Source of the DNA: a virus | Taxonomy: Duplodnaviria; Heunggongvirae; Uroviricota; Caudoviricetes | Reading direction: 5' to 3' (one strand) | DNA length: 64,000 bases | IMG/VR virus record: IMGVR_UViG_3300048016_000310 | Shown: positions 1 through 9,972 of the stretch, in pieces | Position numbering within the stretch: the first letter of the stretch is position 1 | Layout of the letters: each line of letters begins with the position of its first letter | The notes under the pieces: generated by a model | What the model was told of the DNA's origin: nothing | Database searches by the model: none | What the model saw: the letters and a program-made list of their open reading frames with translations, nothing else | Translations under genes and position numbers: made by a program

Positions 1-1063
1 ACCTAATACCCCACATAATAGGGAAGCGAGGCAATCCTCCATCTGTGTATTCAAAAAATCTAACTTCAGCAGTTTTTCCAATATAATCCTTTCTGTTTTT
101 TAAAAAATCAATTCTATCTTCGTGGGAATATTTCATTCCAGCTGAAAACTGTTTTCCATTAAGCTCAAAAATAGGTTTACCCCATTCTGGTCTTTGGTCT
201 GCTGGTACTATGTCAATTATAGGTAAGGCAATGTCTTGAAAATCTTTGTATTTCAAAAGGTTAGAACTTCTACCATTTACTTTGTAAGGATTATCTCCCC
301 ACCTAACAATAGTACCTTCGTATCCTTCTGCAATATTTTTTATGTGGAATTGTTTTAAAATTTCTTCACTTTCTATTTTAAAAGTATGGACTAATTTTAA
401 GTATGGAGAATTTATTATTACAGAAATTTTCATAAGTCTAAAAAATCTATCTTTAAAAGAACCTTCTGTTAGACAGTCATACACATTAAAATATATTTGC
501 TCACTTAAACTTTTAGTATATTTTTTTATAGCTTTCATTTGATTTTGAAAACTACCTAAATCTTTATTATAAAGCTCTCCATCTAAAATAAGATTTCCTT
601 GAGTATTTCTAAATAGATTCTTAATGTGTTCCATATTGTGAATTTCTTTACCATCTCTAGACATAAGTCTTACTTCTCCATTGTTAATAAAAGCAAGACA
701 TCTCATCCCATCTAGTTTAGGTTGAGCATAACAGTTATCCCAATCTATTTTCTTTTTCTCATCTTTATAAGATTTTGCAAGCATTGGTAGAATTACTTCT
801 GTAGTTTCTGCTTCTTCTTGAGTTAAGAAATAACCTTCTGTTAGTTTTTCCTTTATTGAAGATTGTACTTCATTTAAAGCTTGCTCAGCTCCTGTAGTTT
901 CATTTGCTTTTCCTACATTTTTAGGAGTAGCTCTTTTTTGATGTGTGACTTCGTTGGGAGTACCTAGTACTCCTGAGGATTGTAAAATGGTATCTCCTAC
1001 TACAGAGAATAGGAGATACCTGATTTTTCCTGACGAATCTTTCTTAAAGAGTTTCTGGGTCAT
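1..1063 (-). CDS. ATP-dependent DNA ligase (T7/chlorella-virus type). Partial: the 3-prime end runs off the window start.
   Basis: Manual minus-strand translation from ATG at 1063 gives an open frame to position 1. It has motif I KLDGMR (KxDGxR), motif III LILDGELY, motif IV EGYEGTIVR and motif V LLKYK. It is absent from the ORF track because it is incomplete. Confidence 0.75.
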   Translation of the reverse strand, partial: MTQKLFKKDSSGKIRYLLFSVVGDTILQSSGVLGTPNEVTHQKRATPKNVGKANETTGAEQALNEVQSSIKEKLTEGYFLTQEEAETTEVILPMLAKSYKDEKKKIDWDNCYAQPKLDGMRCLAFINNGEVRLMSRDGKEIHNMEHIKNLFRNTQGNLILDGELYNKDLGSFQNQMKAIKKYTKSLSEQIYFNVYDCLTEGSFKDRFFRLMKISVIINSPYLKLVHTFKIESEEILKQFHIKNIAEGYEGTIVRWGDNPYKVNGRSSNLLKYKDFQDIALPIIDIVPADQRPEWGKPIFELNGKQFSAGMKYSHEDRIDFLKNRKDYIGKTAEVRFFEYTDGGLPRFPIMWGIR

Positions 1064-1457
1064 TTTTTAGAGCTTCTGTGATTGAAGCATTGTATTGATT
1101 TTCAATTTCTTGAATATTTTCTACAATTCCAAAAAGACCTTTCATTTCTTCAGAAAATTCTTTTTTCTTTTGTACAACAAGTTTCTTCAAGTTTTCTTCA
1201 GCAATTTTGATTTCTTTATCAAATTCTGTTTTCTTCTTTAAGATTGCTCTTGCTTTTTCTTTAAACTGTACGATTACAGCTTCTTTTTGTTCAGCTACAA
1301 GTTCATCTACTAGAGATGCAACTTCTGAATTAGAGACTTTAGGTTTTTTAAAAATAGACTGTCCTCCTAAAAGGGCTACTAGTTTTGAAAAGTTAGCATC
1401 AAACTGTTTTGATACTTTGTCATTGTCATTTTGTTGGTTTTGAACTTCTTCTGTCAT
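1044..1457 (-). CDS. hypothetical coiled-coil protein
   Basis: 137-aa ORF, Lys/Glu-rich with heptad-like pattern. No recognisable catalytic motif. Confidence 0.45.
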   Translation of the reverse strand: MTEEVQNQQNDNDKVSKQFDANFSKLVALLGGQSIFKKPKVSNSEVASLVDELVAEQKEAVIVQFKEKARAILKKKTEFDKEIKIAEENLKKLVVQKKKEFSEEMKGLFGIVENIQEIENQYNASITEALKNDPETL

Positions 1458-1840
1458 TGAAATTTAAAATTTGATAAATTTTTTATATGTTTATTAAAGC
1501 CTTCTAGAGTTTTAACCCTAGTATCTTCAACTTTTGGACTATTAGATATTGCTTCTTCTAAAAATCTATTTATTAGTCTACAACTTTCGAAAGCAGTGTC
1601 TTCACAAGAAAAAAAAGAAAGTTTTTGTAAACCTTCTTCAGTCAACCTTATACTTAACCATCTAGGTTTAAAAAACTTATAGACATGGTGACCTACATGT
1701 AACCTCAAGGGTTGCATAAAATTTAAAATTAAAGCAAAAGCATGTTCTTCAGTTCTTGGTAAACCTTGTTCTGAAATGTAAAAATTCATTTTTTGAACTA
1801 CACTAGAACAAATCCTTCTTATTTTTTCAGTTTCTAACAT
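1454..1840 (-). CDS. Putative C-terminal (body) segment of the tRNA nucleotidyltransferase. May be a split or frameshifted continuation of 1834..2538.
   Basis: 128-aa ORF immediately downstream of the CCA head-domain ORF, overlapping it by 7 nt. Its position is consistent with the missing body domain. No independent motif. Confidence 0.35.
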   Translation of the reverse strand: MLETEKIRRICSSVVQKMNFYISEQGLPRTEEHAFALILNFMQPLRLHVGHHVYKFFKPRWLSIRLTEEGLQKLSFFSCEDTAFESCRLINRFLEEAISNSPKVEDTRVKTLEGFNKHIKNLSNFKFQ

Positions 1841-2538
1841 TCTGTAGTAGGTTTAAGCCAGAGTCCTGTATGGTCAAAAGCATATTTTTGCAAAGCTTCA
1901 AATTTGTAAAGCATTTTTAAAGTTGCCATTGTATTAAACTTAAAACATTTGTAAAGTTCTTCTCTAACTCTTTCAATACTTATTGTAGAATAATCATAAG
2001 AATAATGTAAAGCGTCTGCTACATTATCTGACAAATTAAACTTTTTGGTTATAGAAAATCTTATAGCTCTGAAAATTCTTAGAGGATCATCTTTAAAAGT
2101 TATATAAGCATCTAAAGGAGTATCGATAAGTCTTAATTTTAAATCTTCTATACCTCTACCTGTTAAATCTATGATTTCTCCATCTTTTTCAAATAAAGTG
2201 TTGATTGTAAAGTCTCTTCTCCAAACGTCGTCTGCAATAGTTCCAGGAGCTAAAATAGGCTGCCTTGTATTAGGATAATATCCTAATTCTTTTCTTGCAA
2301 GAACAAAATCAGCTACAAGACCTGCATTTTCATGAATGGTAGGAAACTTAGCCCTAACTGTATAACAAGATTCAGTTGCAAGAAAAATTTGATACCCTTG
2401 TAATTCTAGGTAAGTAGTCATTTCTTTCCAAGCTAAATCTATAGTACTTGCAGTAGGAATTACTACAAAATCCCTATCTTTAGATTGAATCTCAAGTAAT
2501 CTGTCTCTAATAGACCCTCCTATTTCATATATTTCCAT
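1834..2538 (-). CDS. cca: Class II tRNA nucleotidyltransferase (CCA-adding enzyme / polyA polymerase family), head+neck domain
   Basis: Motifs IGGSIRDRLL (GGxVRD), DRDFVV (DxD), RRDFTINTL and DDPLRIFRAIRF are all hallmarks of class II nucleotidyltransferases. Confidence 0.8.
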   Translation of the reverse strand: MEIYEIGGSIRDRLLEIQSKDRDFVVIPTASTIDLAWKEMTTYLELQGYQIFLATESCYTVRAKFPTIHENAGLVADFVLARKELGYYPNTRQPILAPGTIADDVWRRDFTINTLFEKDGEIIDLTGRGIEDLKLRLIDTPLDAYITFKDDPLRIFRAIRFSITKKFNLSDNVADALHYSYDYSTISIERVREELYKCFKFNTMATLKMLYKFEALQKYAFDHTGLWLKPTTEC

Positions 2539-2541
2539 AGT

Positions 2542-3531
2542 TTAATTGTAAATATTCCAGTACTTTTTATTACATGAAGTACATTCTGCAGATAATTTAG
2601 ACAGAGGTGTTAGTTCAGTCAAGCAGGCAGGACATAAATTATAATCTAAAAGACTATCATATGACTTATACTTTGTAACAGGATATACAGGAATTTGTGA
2701 AACATAATGATGCTTTTTATATCCTACTTTTTGGATAACATCATAAAAAAAGTTCAAAGAAAGTCGAACAAAGTCTAATAGAATTATTTCATTATCTCTA
2801 TGTTCCCTATAAGAACCATTTGTAGCATTAAAGGCTGGAATAGTTACTTCTGGATTATATTTCAATTGTCCTACATCTGTAGCTAAACCCCTGGTTATCT
2901 TATATCCGTATTCATTTAGCTCTTTTGTAATCAAATCTGTAAATTTTTCATCACAAGTTTGGATTCCATTAGTAAAGTTAATAAAATCTACAGTGTCAGA
3001 CCTCCTATCTGGTTGTCCTAAAAAAGAACAATCTTTAAAGAAACTTAAATTAACTTCTCTAGCACCAATCATACCTACTTCTTCATCTAGAGTAAAAACA
3101 ATTTTGATTTTATCGCATAATCTTAAAAGTTCTAAACAAATATAAATACCACAATTGTCATCTCCACCAACTCCTGTTTGTTCTCCAGTCAAATTATCAA
3201 ATCCAAACAAAATATTTCCACTCTGACATACTTGAAATAAAGGCCTAATATCATGAACTATATCCAAATGAGATACGATACATGGATATATTTTTGATTT
3301 TCCTTTAGTAACATATAGATTTCCATAAGAATCAATAGATGTTTTTACATTTTCTATGTTTTGTGAAATCCAAGTTTTTAAAAAATTTCTTTTTTCTAAT
3401 TGAGCTTTAGAATAAGAAGGAGATTGTTGCTTACATAAAGTAACTAGTAAAGGAACATCAATATTTAATGCTAATTCTTCTACATTTTTTAGTTTAGGTA
3501 ATTTAACCTTTAAGCGTTTGTAGTAGTCCAT
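2542..3531 (-). CDS. M42/M28-type metallo-aminopeptidase-like protein with C-terminal Zn-ribbon
   Basis: HLDIVHD (HxD), GGDDNCG (DD metal ligands), LDEEVGMIGA (EE). C-terminal CPAC...CTSC cysteine pairs. Confidence 0.55.
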   Translation of the reverse strand: MDYYKRLKVKLPKLKNVEELALNIDVPLLVTLCKQQSPSYSKAQLEKRNFLKTWISQNIENVKTSIDSYGNLYVTKGKSKIYPCIVSHLDIVHDIRPLFQVCQSGNILFGFDNLTGEQTGVGGDDNCGIYICLELLRLCDKIKIVFTLDEEVGMIGAREVNLSFFKDCSFLGQPDRRSDTVDFINFTNGIQTCDEKFTDLITKELNEYGYKITRGLATDVGQLKYNPEVTIPAFNATNGSYREHRDNEIILLDFVRLSLNFFYDVIQKVGYKKHHYVSQIPVYPVTKYKSYDSLLDYNLCPACLTELTPLSKLSAECTSCNKKYWNIYN

Positions 3532-4739
3532 TTTTGATTAATAATTAAATTTAATTTTTCGTGTAAAGGCTTAGAACCATAAATAGTAGCACTTTCTTTT
3601 TGTAACTCATGCAAAAGCTCATCTAAATACATAACATAACCATTAAAGTGAGCTAATTTCTTTGTAGGGTCAATTAAATAATATTTAGCACTATAAGCAC
3701 TTGGGTTATAAAAAAATCCAACTACAGGATCTTTTACATAATAAACACCTGATAAAGTTATTAGAGTATGTTTTTTATTTACTAAAGTTCCTGCATACGC
3801 ACCTAAAGTAACTTTTACTACTTCTGAAGGGTCTTCCCAAGTATTTGTAAGTTTACAATATGTAGTTTCAACTATTGGTTTAAACTGACTGCATCTATTT
3901 TCGTATCCTCCACTAGTTCGGATAAATTCTTTACTTACAAATCCTACACCATTATTTAAAGTTTTAGAATCATTTTCGTAATATTTAAAAGTGTCAAGAT
4001 AAGGATAAAATCGGCATGTAAATTCAACCTGTATTTTTAAAACTTTATGTATTGGAGTACCTTCAGGACTTATCCAATATTGAGTATCACTGTAATTTTG
4101 AGCCCATTTTCTATAAAACTTATTAGTTATTGCATATTTGTAATATTCTTCTAGAATTAAAGGGCTTTCAGCATAAATTCTATCCATATAAGTTTCTCCA
4201 TCAATTTCCCAAATTAAAGCTCTACCTACAAGATCTCCATCTTCATTACATTCTAAAATTGAACATTCTGGAATTTCTTTATAAAAATCAAATAAAGCAG
4301 TGCTTTTATCTTGCATACAACTTCTTTCTAAAACTGTCCCTGATTTTCTTACATTTCTCTGATAGGTATCTGCAAAATCTCTATGTCTTTTGAAAGTTAA
4401 ATCTTGTGCTGAAAAATTAGATTTAAAACAATTATTAAATTGTTCAATATCATCATCATCAAAATTTTCTAAACCTGTTGGACTTAAAAAGCTTCTTATA
4501 ATTTTTCCAGGTTTTCCTGTTTGAAAATTAGAAAAATCTATTTCTCCTGATTCAAAAATTTTTAAAGTTCTATTTTTAGCTAAATAATAAAGTTTTGAAT
4601 CTTTTACCTCAAAATATTTATATTTAGAACTGTCAAAATAGCTACTGCAACCTGAGTCTTTTGCAAAACTAAAGATATATTGTCCAATTTCTGTTGGACA
4701 ATATGTTAAGAAGTCTAAAAAATTTTGACCAAAAATCAT
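3510..4739 (-). CDS. hypothetical protein
   Basis: 409-aa ORF in tight operon spacing. No recognisable motif. Confidence 0.45.
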   Translation of the reverse strand: MIFGQNFLDFLTYCPTEIGQYIFSFAKDSGCSSYFDSSKYKYFEVKDSKLYYLAKNRTLKIFESGEIDFSNFQTGKPGKIIRSFLSPTGLENFDDDDIEQFNNCFKSNFSAQDLTFKRHRDFADTYQRNVRKSGTVLERSCMQDKSTALFDFYKEIPECSILECNEDGDLVGRALIWEIDGETYMDRIYAESPLILEEYYKYAITNKFYRKWAQNYSDTQYWISPEGTPIHKVLKIQVEFTCRFYPYLDTFKYYENDSKTLNNGVGFVSKEFIRTSGGYENRCSQFKPIVETTYCKLTNTWEDPSEVVKVTLGAYAGTLVNKKHTLITLSGVYYVKDPVVGFFYNPSAYSAKYYLIDPTKKLAHFNGYVMYLDELLHELQKESATIYGSKPLHEKLNLIINQKWTTTNA

Positions 4740-4942
4740 AATAGTATAAATCTTACGTTTAAGTTTCCTTTTGTTTTTCTAGAATCTTTCAGAGTAGTTT
4801 CAATTTTGTATTTTACTACAGATTTTTTGTAACGCAGTTCGATTATAGAACCTGAACTTAAATCTTTTTGAAATCTTCTTACTTTTCTTTTTACAGTTTT
4901 AAAAGAATTTCCTACTTTTGTGTTATTTACGTAGATGTTCAT
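4736..4942 (-). CDS. hypothetical small basic protein
   Basis: 68-aa ORF with a 4-nt overlap with flanking genes (translational coupling pattern). Confidence 0.3.
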   Translation of the reverse strand: MNIYVNNTKVGNSFKTVKRKVRRFQKDLSSGSIIELRYKKSVVKYKIETTLKDSRKTKGNLNVRFILL

Positions 4943-5481
4943 AAAAATAAATTGTTTAAATAATTTAACATTTCTGGATATTTTTTTGCATTCACACTTC
5001 TTGTAAAATGTTCATTTTCTTGTCTATACATATCAAACTGCCTTGATTTAGTCATTTTTGAATACTGTACGTTGGCAATTCTATCACAAAGTTTTACAAA
5101 AGTTGCACCTTTTGTGTTTTTTATACCTTTGTAGTATTTTGCATTGGCTCTTTCTGCTCTTGTTTTACCTTTCTCATTAGTACAAGCAAAGATAATATCA
5201 GCAATATCAGAACCTAATTGCATCTTCACGTCGTTGTAAGAAGCTCTTGTATCTTCTATAGAATCGTGTCCATAGCAAGCTAAGTAAATAGTTCTTGCTG
5301 TTATATCTACTCCAGAAAAAGAATCTATAAAAGTGTTTATAGGTAACAAATGCATGAAATCTTCAGCTACTTGTGCTACCATTTGTAAATGAAACTTATA
5401 AGGTAAGTACTTATCATAAAAATGATTAGTCTTTTCATGTAGCCCTATAAGCCAATCAATTTGTTGTTGTAATGGGCTCAT
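4939..5481 (-). CDS. HD-domain metal-dependent phosphohydrolase (small, ~180 aa)
   Basis: H...HD...D pattern with LACYGHDSIEDT (HD motif followed by ED), as in RelA/SpoT-HD, YfbR-like or dNTP/dNMP hydrolases. Its size matches small stand-alone HD hydrolases. Confidence 0.55.
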   Translation of the reverse strand: MSPLQQQIDWLIGLHEKTNHFYDKYLPYKFHLQMVAQVAEDFMHLLPINTFIDSFSGVDITARTIYLACYGHDSIEDTRASYNDVKMQLGSDIADIIFACTNEKGKTRAERANAKYYKGIKNTKGATFVKLCDRIANVQYSKMTKSRQFDMYRQENEHFTRSVNAKKYPEMLNYLNNLFL

Positions 5482-5837
5482 TAATATATGTCTCCTGATA
5501 CTGTTTTAACTGAACCAAAAATTTTCTGGGCTTGAACATCTCCAGATACTGTAGTAACATTTCCTCCAACATCTTTACAATTCACATCTCCAGAAGTAGT
5601 TTTTATATCTCCTTCAACAAGACCTGCTTGAATATCTCCAGAAGTACTGGTAATAGCCTTAGCATTTTCAACAGAAATACTTGCTGCATAGTCTACATGC
5701 AAAGAATTTATTGTATCTATTTTGATATGAATCTCTTTGTCACTTGGTAATGATTGAGACTTTCCATCAATTATAACATTGTTATTGATTATCTGAACAT
5801 TATTGCCCTGATATTTGACTCCGTTTATGATTATCAT
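5481..5837 (-). CDS. repeat protein with reiterated (T/V)SGD(I/V) units (beta-helix / bactofilin-like)
   Basis: 118 aa containing TSGDI, TSGDV, VSGDV and VSGDI repeats at roughly 10-residue spacing. Confidence 0.4.
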   Translation of the reverse strand: MIIINGVKYQGNNVQIINNNVIIDGKSQSLPSDKEIHIKIDTINSLHVDYAASISVENAKAITSTSGDIQAGLVEGDIKTTSGDVNCKDVGGNVTTVSGDVQAQKIFGSVKTVSGDIY

Positions 5838-6219
5838 AATTTTCTAAAAGTTTTTGCATATTTTCTTTCCCAACAGGATTTGCTGTTTGAAAATAATATA
5901 CAGGTAATGGTAAATTGTTTTCTTCGCAGTAGTTTATAAGCCACTTAACACAGTCATATCCAGTCTTTTCTTGGACTTTTGAGTAGTCAAAGTCTTTAAA
6001 GTCCTGCTCTATAGCATGATTCATAGCTTTTTCTCCTAAATCATGGTCAAAGAATATAACTTCTGGTAATCCCAAGGTAGATATATCATGTACAAAGTGT
6101 TCAAAAGATTTCACCCAGCCTATGTCGCTGAGTGAAACTTCTGGAGCAGCTTGAAATATTAATCTAATCCAAGGAGATGTTAAAGGGTCTCTCAAATCAT
6201 CAAGCCACAAAATTCTCAT
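5800..6219 (-). CDS. hypothetical protein (possible Rossmann/receiver-like fold)
   Basis: 139-aa ORF. N-terminal MRILWLDD and VIFFDHDLGE are reminiscent of flavodoxin-like folds. No firm assignment. Confidence 0.4.
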   Translation of the reverse strand: MRILWLDDLRDPLTSPWIRLIFQAAPEVSLSDIGWVKSFEHFVHDISTLGLPEVIFFDHDLGEKAMNHAIEQDFKDFDYSKVQEKTGYDCVKWLINYCEENNLPLPVYYFQTANPVGKENMQKLLENYDNHKRSQISGQ

Positions 6220-7307
6220 AATACATATTGAATGTTCTTGAAGCTTCTTTCTAGATAAAATAAAGCTTCTTCTGTTTTATTTATTTCATCACCAGTTTTA
6301 GAGTCATAGCTTCTGGTAACTTTCATGCCTTTAACTACTTCTCCACCTTCAAAAAAACCCATTCTTTCAAGACCATACAAGTAGATATTTGAATCTTTTT
6401 TACGTTCTTGATGAAAGTAATTACCTTGTTCAAGATTAGAAGAATCTTCAAAATAACTTTCAAAGTTGTAATCAGTGTAATGTTTAGTTCCAATTTTGGC
6501 TCCAAGTTTAAAAGGCTCTTTACTTTCCAAATGATGAATATGATATGTAGCTCTCTCAACAATGTAGTTGAAGAAAGATTTGAACTGACTGTAAGGACAT
6601 CCAGTTAAATTAACTTCTTCTATAATTTTGACAAGTATGTCAATGTTTAAAGTATCTACATCCAAATTTTCAATTAAATCATCTACAAAAGCTTTGTCTT
6701 GTAGCTTGTCATCTATGATTTCTTGAATCACAGCTTGGTCAAGTTTGTAGTAACTACGAACATAACGTAATCTAGAAGGTCTGTTATAGAAATGAGTTTC
6801 AATTTTTGCATTTGAAGTGATGATAAACAACTTCTTTGTATTGCTTTTGTTGTTTCCATCCAAAAAACTCAAAAATTCCATTTGACTTACTTTTTCAGAT
6901 TCATCATGAAAAATTTTTTCAAACTCATCAATGTAAACTACAAAAGGATTCTCAATCTTGTTTAGCAAGTCAAACATACCTGAATGCGTATTTTTTGTAA
7001 TATGCACAATCGGTAGATTTAAAGATTGAGTTAAAACTTTGGCAGTGAAACTCTTACCTAATCCAGGTTTACCATAAAGCATAATGCCTAATGAATCATC
7101 ACTCTTTGAGAATACGTTTTGAACATGCTCAATAAAAAGTTTGTCATTAGAATAAATTTTATCAGGCAAAGTTTGAGGCTCTGATTCTTCTAAAAAAAGT
7201 CTTCCAAAAGCTCCTTCTTGAAGTTTGTATTCTTTGGTAGGAAGTAAGTCAAAAGTCTCAATATTTTCGTAGAAACTGTATTCTTTACCTGTTTTAATAA
7301 TTTGCAT
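6216..7307 (-). CDS. AAA+ ATPase
   Basis: Walker A GKPGLGKSFTAKVL and Walker B-like VVYIDEFEK. Confidence 0.6.
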   Translation of the reverse strand: MQIIKTGKEYSFYENIETFDLLPTKEYKLQEGAFGRLFLEESEPQTLPDKIYSNDKLFIEHVQNVFSKSDDSLGIMLYGKPGLGKSFTAKVLTQSLNLPIVHITKNTHSGMFDLLNKIENPFVVYIDEFEKIFHDESEKVSQMEFLSFLDGNNKSNTKKLFIITSNAKIETHFYNRPSRLRYVRSYYKLDQAVIQEIIDDKLQDKAFVDDLIENLDVDTLNIDILVKIIEEVNLTGCPYSQFKSFFNYIVERATYHIHHLESKEPFKLGAKIGTKHYTDYNFESYFEDSSNLEQGNYFHQERKKDSNIYLYGLERMGFFEGGEVVKGMKVTRSYDSKTGDEINKTEEALFYLERSFKNIQYVL

Positions 7308-7313
7308 AATTAT

Positions 7314-9056
7314 TTATTTGTTTATTTTTGCTCTAATTTGTTCAAATGTCTGCTGGTTGAAGAATTTTCCATCTTCATATATTACTTGTAGTAGACCTTG
7401 AGCCTCTTCTTCTTCAGTACATTCTTGTTTAACAATTAAGGTGTCACCTTCTGGTTCTTCATAATCGTTATGTACAGCACACATTCCTTTCAAAGACTTT
7501 TTAGTCCCATCATCTGTTACTGGGTCTTTGTAGATATTGTAAGAAGTTGTTTCTAAACCAGGATATGTTCCATAACCAGTAGGTTCTTTTACTTCTTGAA
7601 CTTGAAACCAAGCTCCTTTTGCTGCAAAACCTGCTGTATCTCTTGTCATATACACATAAGTGTATGAACCTATGCCAAGAACAATATTTGTGGCAGCAAA
7701 GCCTTTATTTGCAAGTCTAGAGTAAATTTGTACTTGTCTTTCTAAAGTTATTGAATCACCATAGATTGCTCCAATATGCGAGTCTAAGCGTTTATAGCCA
7801 GTAGAAGTCTCAACTGTACCAAAAATATCAGCAAGCAACTCAATTACTCCTTTCTTTTCATTTATAGAGATTTCTTGAGTCATAGCTTCATCTCTAAAGT
7901 AGGTAGTAATACCATCTTTAGTATATTCAGTTCTATTTCCTATTCCACAAGTAATTTCTACAGGGTCTCCAGAGTCAGGTCTAATTACAAGTTTTCCATC
8001 TCTAGCCATAATCAAAGATTTCAATCTAGGCAGAATATGCGTAATCAACTTCCATAAATCCATTGTATCAGAAACTACTGACAAAATGCCTTTAGGAAAT
8101 TTCAATAGCCAATCTCTAAGATTCAAGAGTTCTGCTATAGCAAGATAGTCGGGATTTTCGACTGAACCTTCAGAAGGAGCATCAAAAGCATAATAGTCTT
8201 TAATCTCTTGGTCTAGTTTACCATCTTTTAGCTTAGCTTCATAGTAAAATATTCCAGTACAAGTAACAGAATGTTCTGAAGCCAAAACTGAATTGATAAG
8301 AACTTTATCATCTGCAACATCATAGTAGTAACGAGATGCTGGAATTACATTAAGTGTATCAGAACCAGAATTTGACAAAGCATGACCAAGACCTACTGCT
8401 ATTGAGGTAAATGGATTACCTCCTCTTGAATGAAAATCATGACACATGTAATCTGCAAGCCATAAATTTTCAGGGTCTGTTTTGTTTACCCATTCTACTG
8501 CATTTTTCTTAAATTCAAATCCAAGAGTAGCAGCAATTGGCATTTGCCACGAAAGCTTTGATACCAAAGTCTCAAGGAACAAACCTAACCAAGCATATCC
8601 ATCAACAGTATTGATACCTGTCATATGTGGAATATTTGGAGGAGTAAACATACCTTCTGGCAAAGCTTTGATTTTTACAGGCAAATAACCTAAATCCCAA
8701 AGTGCAGCAAAATGTTCTCCATCGTAAGGCATACCAAAGTAGAAACTTAAATCTTCAGCAAATTTTAAAGCTTGATTTTTATGTTTATGCCAAGCTAAAG
8801 TTTCTTTTCTAAAAGTTTTTCTTTTTTCTGTAAAGAAAAAGCATTCAGAAAAAGCTGAATGAATGTATCTCCAAGTAAATTGTTGACCAGCAGACATGAT
8901 TTTTGTTATGCTTTTTGGCATGTACTTAAGATTTCTTGGAATCCATGTAAAGTACTCTTTGTTTGTTCCAGGAGCAAGCATTTCTTTATGCCCTGGTTTG
9001 TAACCATCTGCTTCATACAAAGGATTTATGCGAAACATTGTTTCTAGTTTTTCCAT
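7314..9056 (-). CDS. nadV: nicotinamide phosphoribosyltransferase-like protein (Nampt/NadV family; alternatively Namat-type nicotinamide ADP-ribose transferase)
   Basis: 580 aa. N-terminal DGYKPGH motif and overall NAPRTase-family signature (YK..H, GxGS, SEHS). Confidence 0.8.
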   Translation of the reverse strand: MEKLETMFRINPLYEADGYKPGHKEMLAPGTNKEYFTWIPRNLKYMPKSITKIMSAGQQFTWRYIHSAFSECFFFTEKRKTFRKETLAWHKHKNQALKFAEDLSFYFGMPYDGEHFAALWDLGYLPVKIKALPEGMFTPPNIPHMTGINTVDGYAWLGLFLETLVSKLSWQMPIAATLGFEFKKNAVEWVNKTDPENLWLADYMCHDFHSRGGNPFTSIAVGLGHALSNSGSDTLNVIPASRYYYDVADDKVLINSVLASEHSVTCTGIFYYEAKLKDGKLDQEIKDYYAFDAPSEGSVENPDYLAIAELLNLRDWLLKFPKGILSVVSDTMDLWKLITHILPRLKSLIMARDGKLVIRPDSGDPVEITCGIGNRTEYTKDGITTYFRDEAMTQEISINEKKGVIELLADIFGTVETSTGYKRLDSHIGAIYGDSITLERQVQIYSRLANKGFAATNIVLGIGSYTYVYMTRDTAGFAAKGAWFQVQEVKEPTGYGTYPGLETTSYNIYKDPVTDDGTKKSLKGMCAVHNDYEEPEGDTLIVKQECTEEEEAQGLLQVIYEDGKFFNQQTFEQIRAKINK

Positions 9057-9086
9057 TATCTTTTGGAATTTTTGTTTTTAAATAAG

Positions 9087-9518
9087 TTAAACATAAGTAT
9101 ATTTATTGAGTAATAGCCAAACTAGTAATTCTAGTTCTGCATATGTTTGTATGAGTCCTCCTCTGTCATCGAGATAAGCATTCGCATATAGCTTTCTAGG
9201 TATTAAAGAACAGTCTGAATTGTATAAAAACTTTAGGCCAGCAGGACTTTCCTCATTTATCGAATGATATGGAATATTATTTTCTGCTAGATATGTTTTT
9301 ATAAACTCTGTATTTTTGTTTGCAGTCCATATAATAATGTGACATCCTATTTTATGTAAATCTCTAACTAGTTGAAACATCATTTCATAGGTTTCTCCTT
9401 TTTTATGAAAATCATATAATGTTGAGTCAAAATCTACAGCTATAATAAGTCCTTTATGTTTATGGTACTCTTCCCACAATCTCTTAAATTGAGCATTTGG
9501 TTTTAAAAATTCATCCAT
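9087..9518 (-). CDS. HAD-superfamily phosphatase (possible nucleotidase)
   Basis: DFDSTL (DxDxT motif I) near the N-terminus. Small cap-less HAD size. Confidence 0.5.
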   Translation of the reverse strand: MDEFLKPNAQFKRLWEEYHKHKGLIIAVDFDSTLYDFHKKGETYEMMFQLVRDLHKIGCHIIIWTANKNTEFIKTYLAENNIPYHSINEESPAGLKFLYNSDCSLIPRKLYANAYLDDRGGLIQTYAELELLVWLLLNKYTYV

Positions 9519-9972
9519 TTAATTCAGTTTTTACGTAAACATGACCTTCTATTAACATACACAAAGTTTCAAGTTCATGAGTATGAACTATACCAAATTT
9601 CTCACAAACTTTTAACACATTTCTGTATCTATAAAATTCTGGTGGGCAACAAACATACAATTTCAAAGAGTTAGCATGTAAACCTAATTCTAACAAACTA
9701 ATTGGACTTTTAGAATCTGGCAAAAAGTTTAAAATGATAATATCACATTTTTGCATAGCTTCTAATTCCCAATCAATCTGCTTGTCTATTTCTTCATCAG
9801 AAGCACTTGAAGCCCATTGCTTTCTTCTTGGATTGTATATGTCAAGATTTAAATCTTTCCATCTTTCTACTAATTTGTCTTGCCAATCTGTAGAATTACC
9901 ATCATCTATTGTACCACCTAAGAATACAGTTAATTTTGGAAATATTGGTTCAGGTGCTGTGAATATGCTCAT
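9511..9972 (-). CDS. nucleoside 2-deoxyribosyltransferase-like protein
   Basis: FLGGTIDDG N-terminal Rossmann-like start and PISLLELGLHA (conserved Glu in a PxxxxELG context), as in NDT/Rcl family. Confidence 0.45.
   Translation of the reverse strand: MSIFTAPEPIFPKLTVFLGGTIDDGNSTDWQDKLVERWKDLNLDIYNPRRKQWASSASDEEIDKQIDWELEAMQKCDIIILNFLPDSKSPISLLELGLHANSLKLYVCCPPEFYRYRNVLKVCEKFGIVHTHELETLCMLIEGHVYVKTELNG

Noticed and set aside
342-542. 66-aa plus-strand ORF
   Set aside because: Lies antisense inside the well-supported DNA ligase reading frame (1..1063 minus). Low-complexity, AT-driven.
4130-4393. Internal antisense ORFs (also 5532..5750, 5754..5939, 6335..6608, 7875..9047, 9734..10021, 16705..16956, 17186..17506, 23074..23427, 24451..25408, 29529..29861, 36143..36379, 47034..48164, 50534..50716, 51656..51964, 52888..53094, 54553..54921, 56328..58147)
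   Set aside because: Each is nested in or antisense to a longer ORF with better coding features and functional motifs. They are typical AT-rich spurious frames.
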